This document shows positions 62,730 to 64,000 of a stretch of DNA of 64,000 nucleotides, in pieces. The position numbers and the translations under genes are program-made. Each line of letters begins with the position of its first letter. Position 1 is the stretch's first letter. Where the stretch lies: assembly GCA_963833125.1 (NCBI GenBank), contig CAWHWX010000018.1, positions 1 to 64,000 of the forward strand, given 5' to 3'. This DNA is from Candidatus Bathyarchaeota archaeon (GTDB lineage Archaea > Thermoproteota > Bathyarchaeia > 40CM-2-53-6). The notes beneath the pieces were generated by a model. That model made no database searches. It saw nothing but the letters and a program-made list of their open reading frames with translations, and was not told the origin of the DNA.

Positions 62730-63935
62730 TTGAAGCTTAGCCCTGTCCTAATTCTAGGATTTAGTCTTCTTTCAACGTACGCGATAAATACAGTCCTCTC
62801 CGTTCTACTTCCGTTTGTCCGTAAAGATTTCGAAATGTCCCTGTTGCTCGCAGGTGTTCTCATCTCAAGCTACGGATGGTCAATAACGATTCTTCAAATG
62901 CCGGTTGGCGTAATCTCAGATCGTTACGAACCACGCAAGATACTCTCTCTCTCGATGCTCTGTCTATTTATTGCATCCCTCTGGTTTTCTACGTCCTCTA
63001 GTGTAATATCGCTGATTACCTCGAGAGTGATTATGGGAGTCGGTGCTAGTTTCGTCTTCGTCGCCGGAGTCAAGACAATCGAGTCGTATTATGCTGAAAA
63101 GGATAGAGGGAAAGCTATAGGTCTATTCAGCTCGCTGGCAAACGTTGGCGTGGTAGCGGCGAATCTATTTGCGCCTGCAATATTGCAATGGACCGACCTA
63201 GGTTGGAGAGGCGTTTATGGGTTAGTGGGCCTTTTGGCGCTGGCATCATCCATAATTTCGCTGAAACTAATACCACGACAAGCTGCGACCTCTCAAGTTG
63301 GAAACGATTCGAATGGAGTAGTCGACAGGGCAGTTGAGGACGAAATCAGGCTTGTTAGTCGCAATCCACACTTCTGGGTTCAAAACGTGATATCTTTTGT
63401 TTACTTTGGTTCAAATCTCGGTTTGCTCTTCTGGATACCTAGCTATTTGAAAGCAGAAGGGTTCAGTCTAGGCTTCAGCGGGATCGCGGTTTCCCTGATT
63501 GGTGTTGGATCTATTTTTGGTAGCACGCTCGGAGGATGGCTGATTGACAGAAACGGGAAGAGAAATCCAGTAATGAGAGCGTTCTTCGTTATCTACATAG
63601 TGGGAATTCTTATGATTGCATTGCTTCCTGGATATCCAGGTTTAGGCTCACTGTTCTTGATTTCGCCAATCCTGATCGGGCTCTCCTGGGGCGGAATCAC
63701 AGTGAATACACAGCTAGTAGTCGAACTTTTTCCAGAGAAACTCGTCGGAACAGCATTTGGTATCACAAATACGGTGAGATGGTTCGGATCCTCTCTTTAT
63801 CCTCTTATGATAGGTGCTCTCTTAACACTAAATTTCACGTACGGAGAATCGTTCTCAGTTCTTTGCGCTACCGTGATTGGTGCACTGGTTGTCAGTCGCT
63901 TCTCACTTGAGACGTGGCAAGACGCCGTTCTTTAG
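62730..63935 (+). CDS. MFS transporter
   Basis: About 12 TM; motif A in G.ISDRY..RK and GWLIDRNGKR. Confidence 0.9.
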   Translation: MKLSPVLILGFSLLSTYAINTVLSVLLPFVRKDFEMSLLLAGVLISSYGWSITILQMPVGVISDRYEPRKILSLSMLCLFIASLWFSTSSSVISLITSRVIMGVGASFVFVAGVKTIESYYAEKDRGKAIGLFSSLANVGVVAANLFAPAILQWTDLGWRGVYGLVGLLALASSIISLKLIPRQAATSQVGNDSNGVVDRAVEDEIRLVSRNPHFWVQNVISFVYFGSNLGLLFWIPSYLKAEGFSLGFSGIAVSLIGVGSIFGSTLGGWLIDRNGKRNPVMRAFFVIYIVGILMIALLPGYPGLGSLFLISPILIGLSWGGITVNTQLVVELFPEKLVGTAFGITNTVRWFGSSLYPLMIGALLTLNFTYGESFSVLCATVIGALVVSRFSLETWQDAVL

Positions 63936-64000
63936 CTCGAACCCACGACGAGCCAGTTGGCGGCACTCCAGGCGAAAATATTCCATATTTAGACCCATTC

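Noticed and set aside
63937-63950. CTCGAACCCACGAC, reverse complement of a tRNA T-arm-like GTCGTGGGTTCGAG
   Set aside because: No complementary 3' T-stem or acceptor stem follows; likely chance.
1-64000. CRISPR array, IS element/transposase, integrase, rRNA
   Set aside because: I saw no regularly spaced short repeats, terminal inverted repeats or recombinase motifs by eye.

Overview
The window is 64 kb of archaeal DNA. TATA-like boxes sit about 25-30 nt before start codons and TTG/GTG starts are common; it probably comes from a heterotrophic TACK lineage such as Bathyarchaeia (inference, not tested). It is a dense accessory catabolic region for amino acids and N-heterocycles. It holds three full APC permeases plus a remnant, a Liv-type ABC importer plus a collapsed paralogous operon, amidohydrolases, two aminotransferases, two LLM oxidoreductases, a Mo-hydroxylase set (CoxG/S/M/L-like), aconitase X, hydantoinase/oxoprolinase AB, ProC and a proline dehydrogenase/sarcosine oxidase-like complex. 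The top candidate for an undescribed system is an operon of two tandem enolase paralogues sharing altered active-site motifs (GGKLA, SERSG) with a divergent MOFRL glycerate-kinase-like gene, a Gfo/Idh/MocA dehydrogenase and an APC permease. Other notable items: two diverged duplicated cassettes in permuted order, associated with tRNA 3'-end fragments; a wHTH-fused DNA methyltransferase beside a divergent DpnI; HisD/HisB paralogues with altered active sites; a PyrB fused to only the PyrI Zn domain; a nucleotidyltransferase/metallophosphoesterase cluster; and coupled 53-aa Zn-ribbon microproteins missed by the ORF track. About 18 frameshifts in 14 otherwise intact genes most likely reflect long-read indel errors. 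I saw no rRNA, complete tRNA, CRISPR array, transposase or integrase. All family calls are by eye from motifs; no searches were run.
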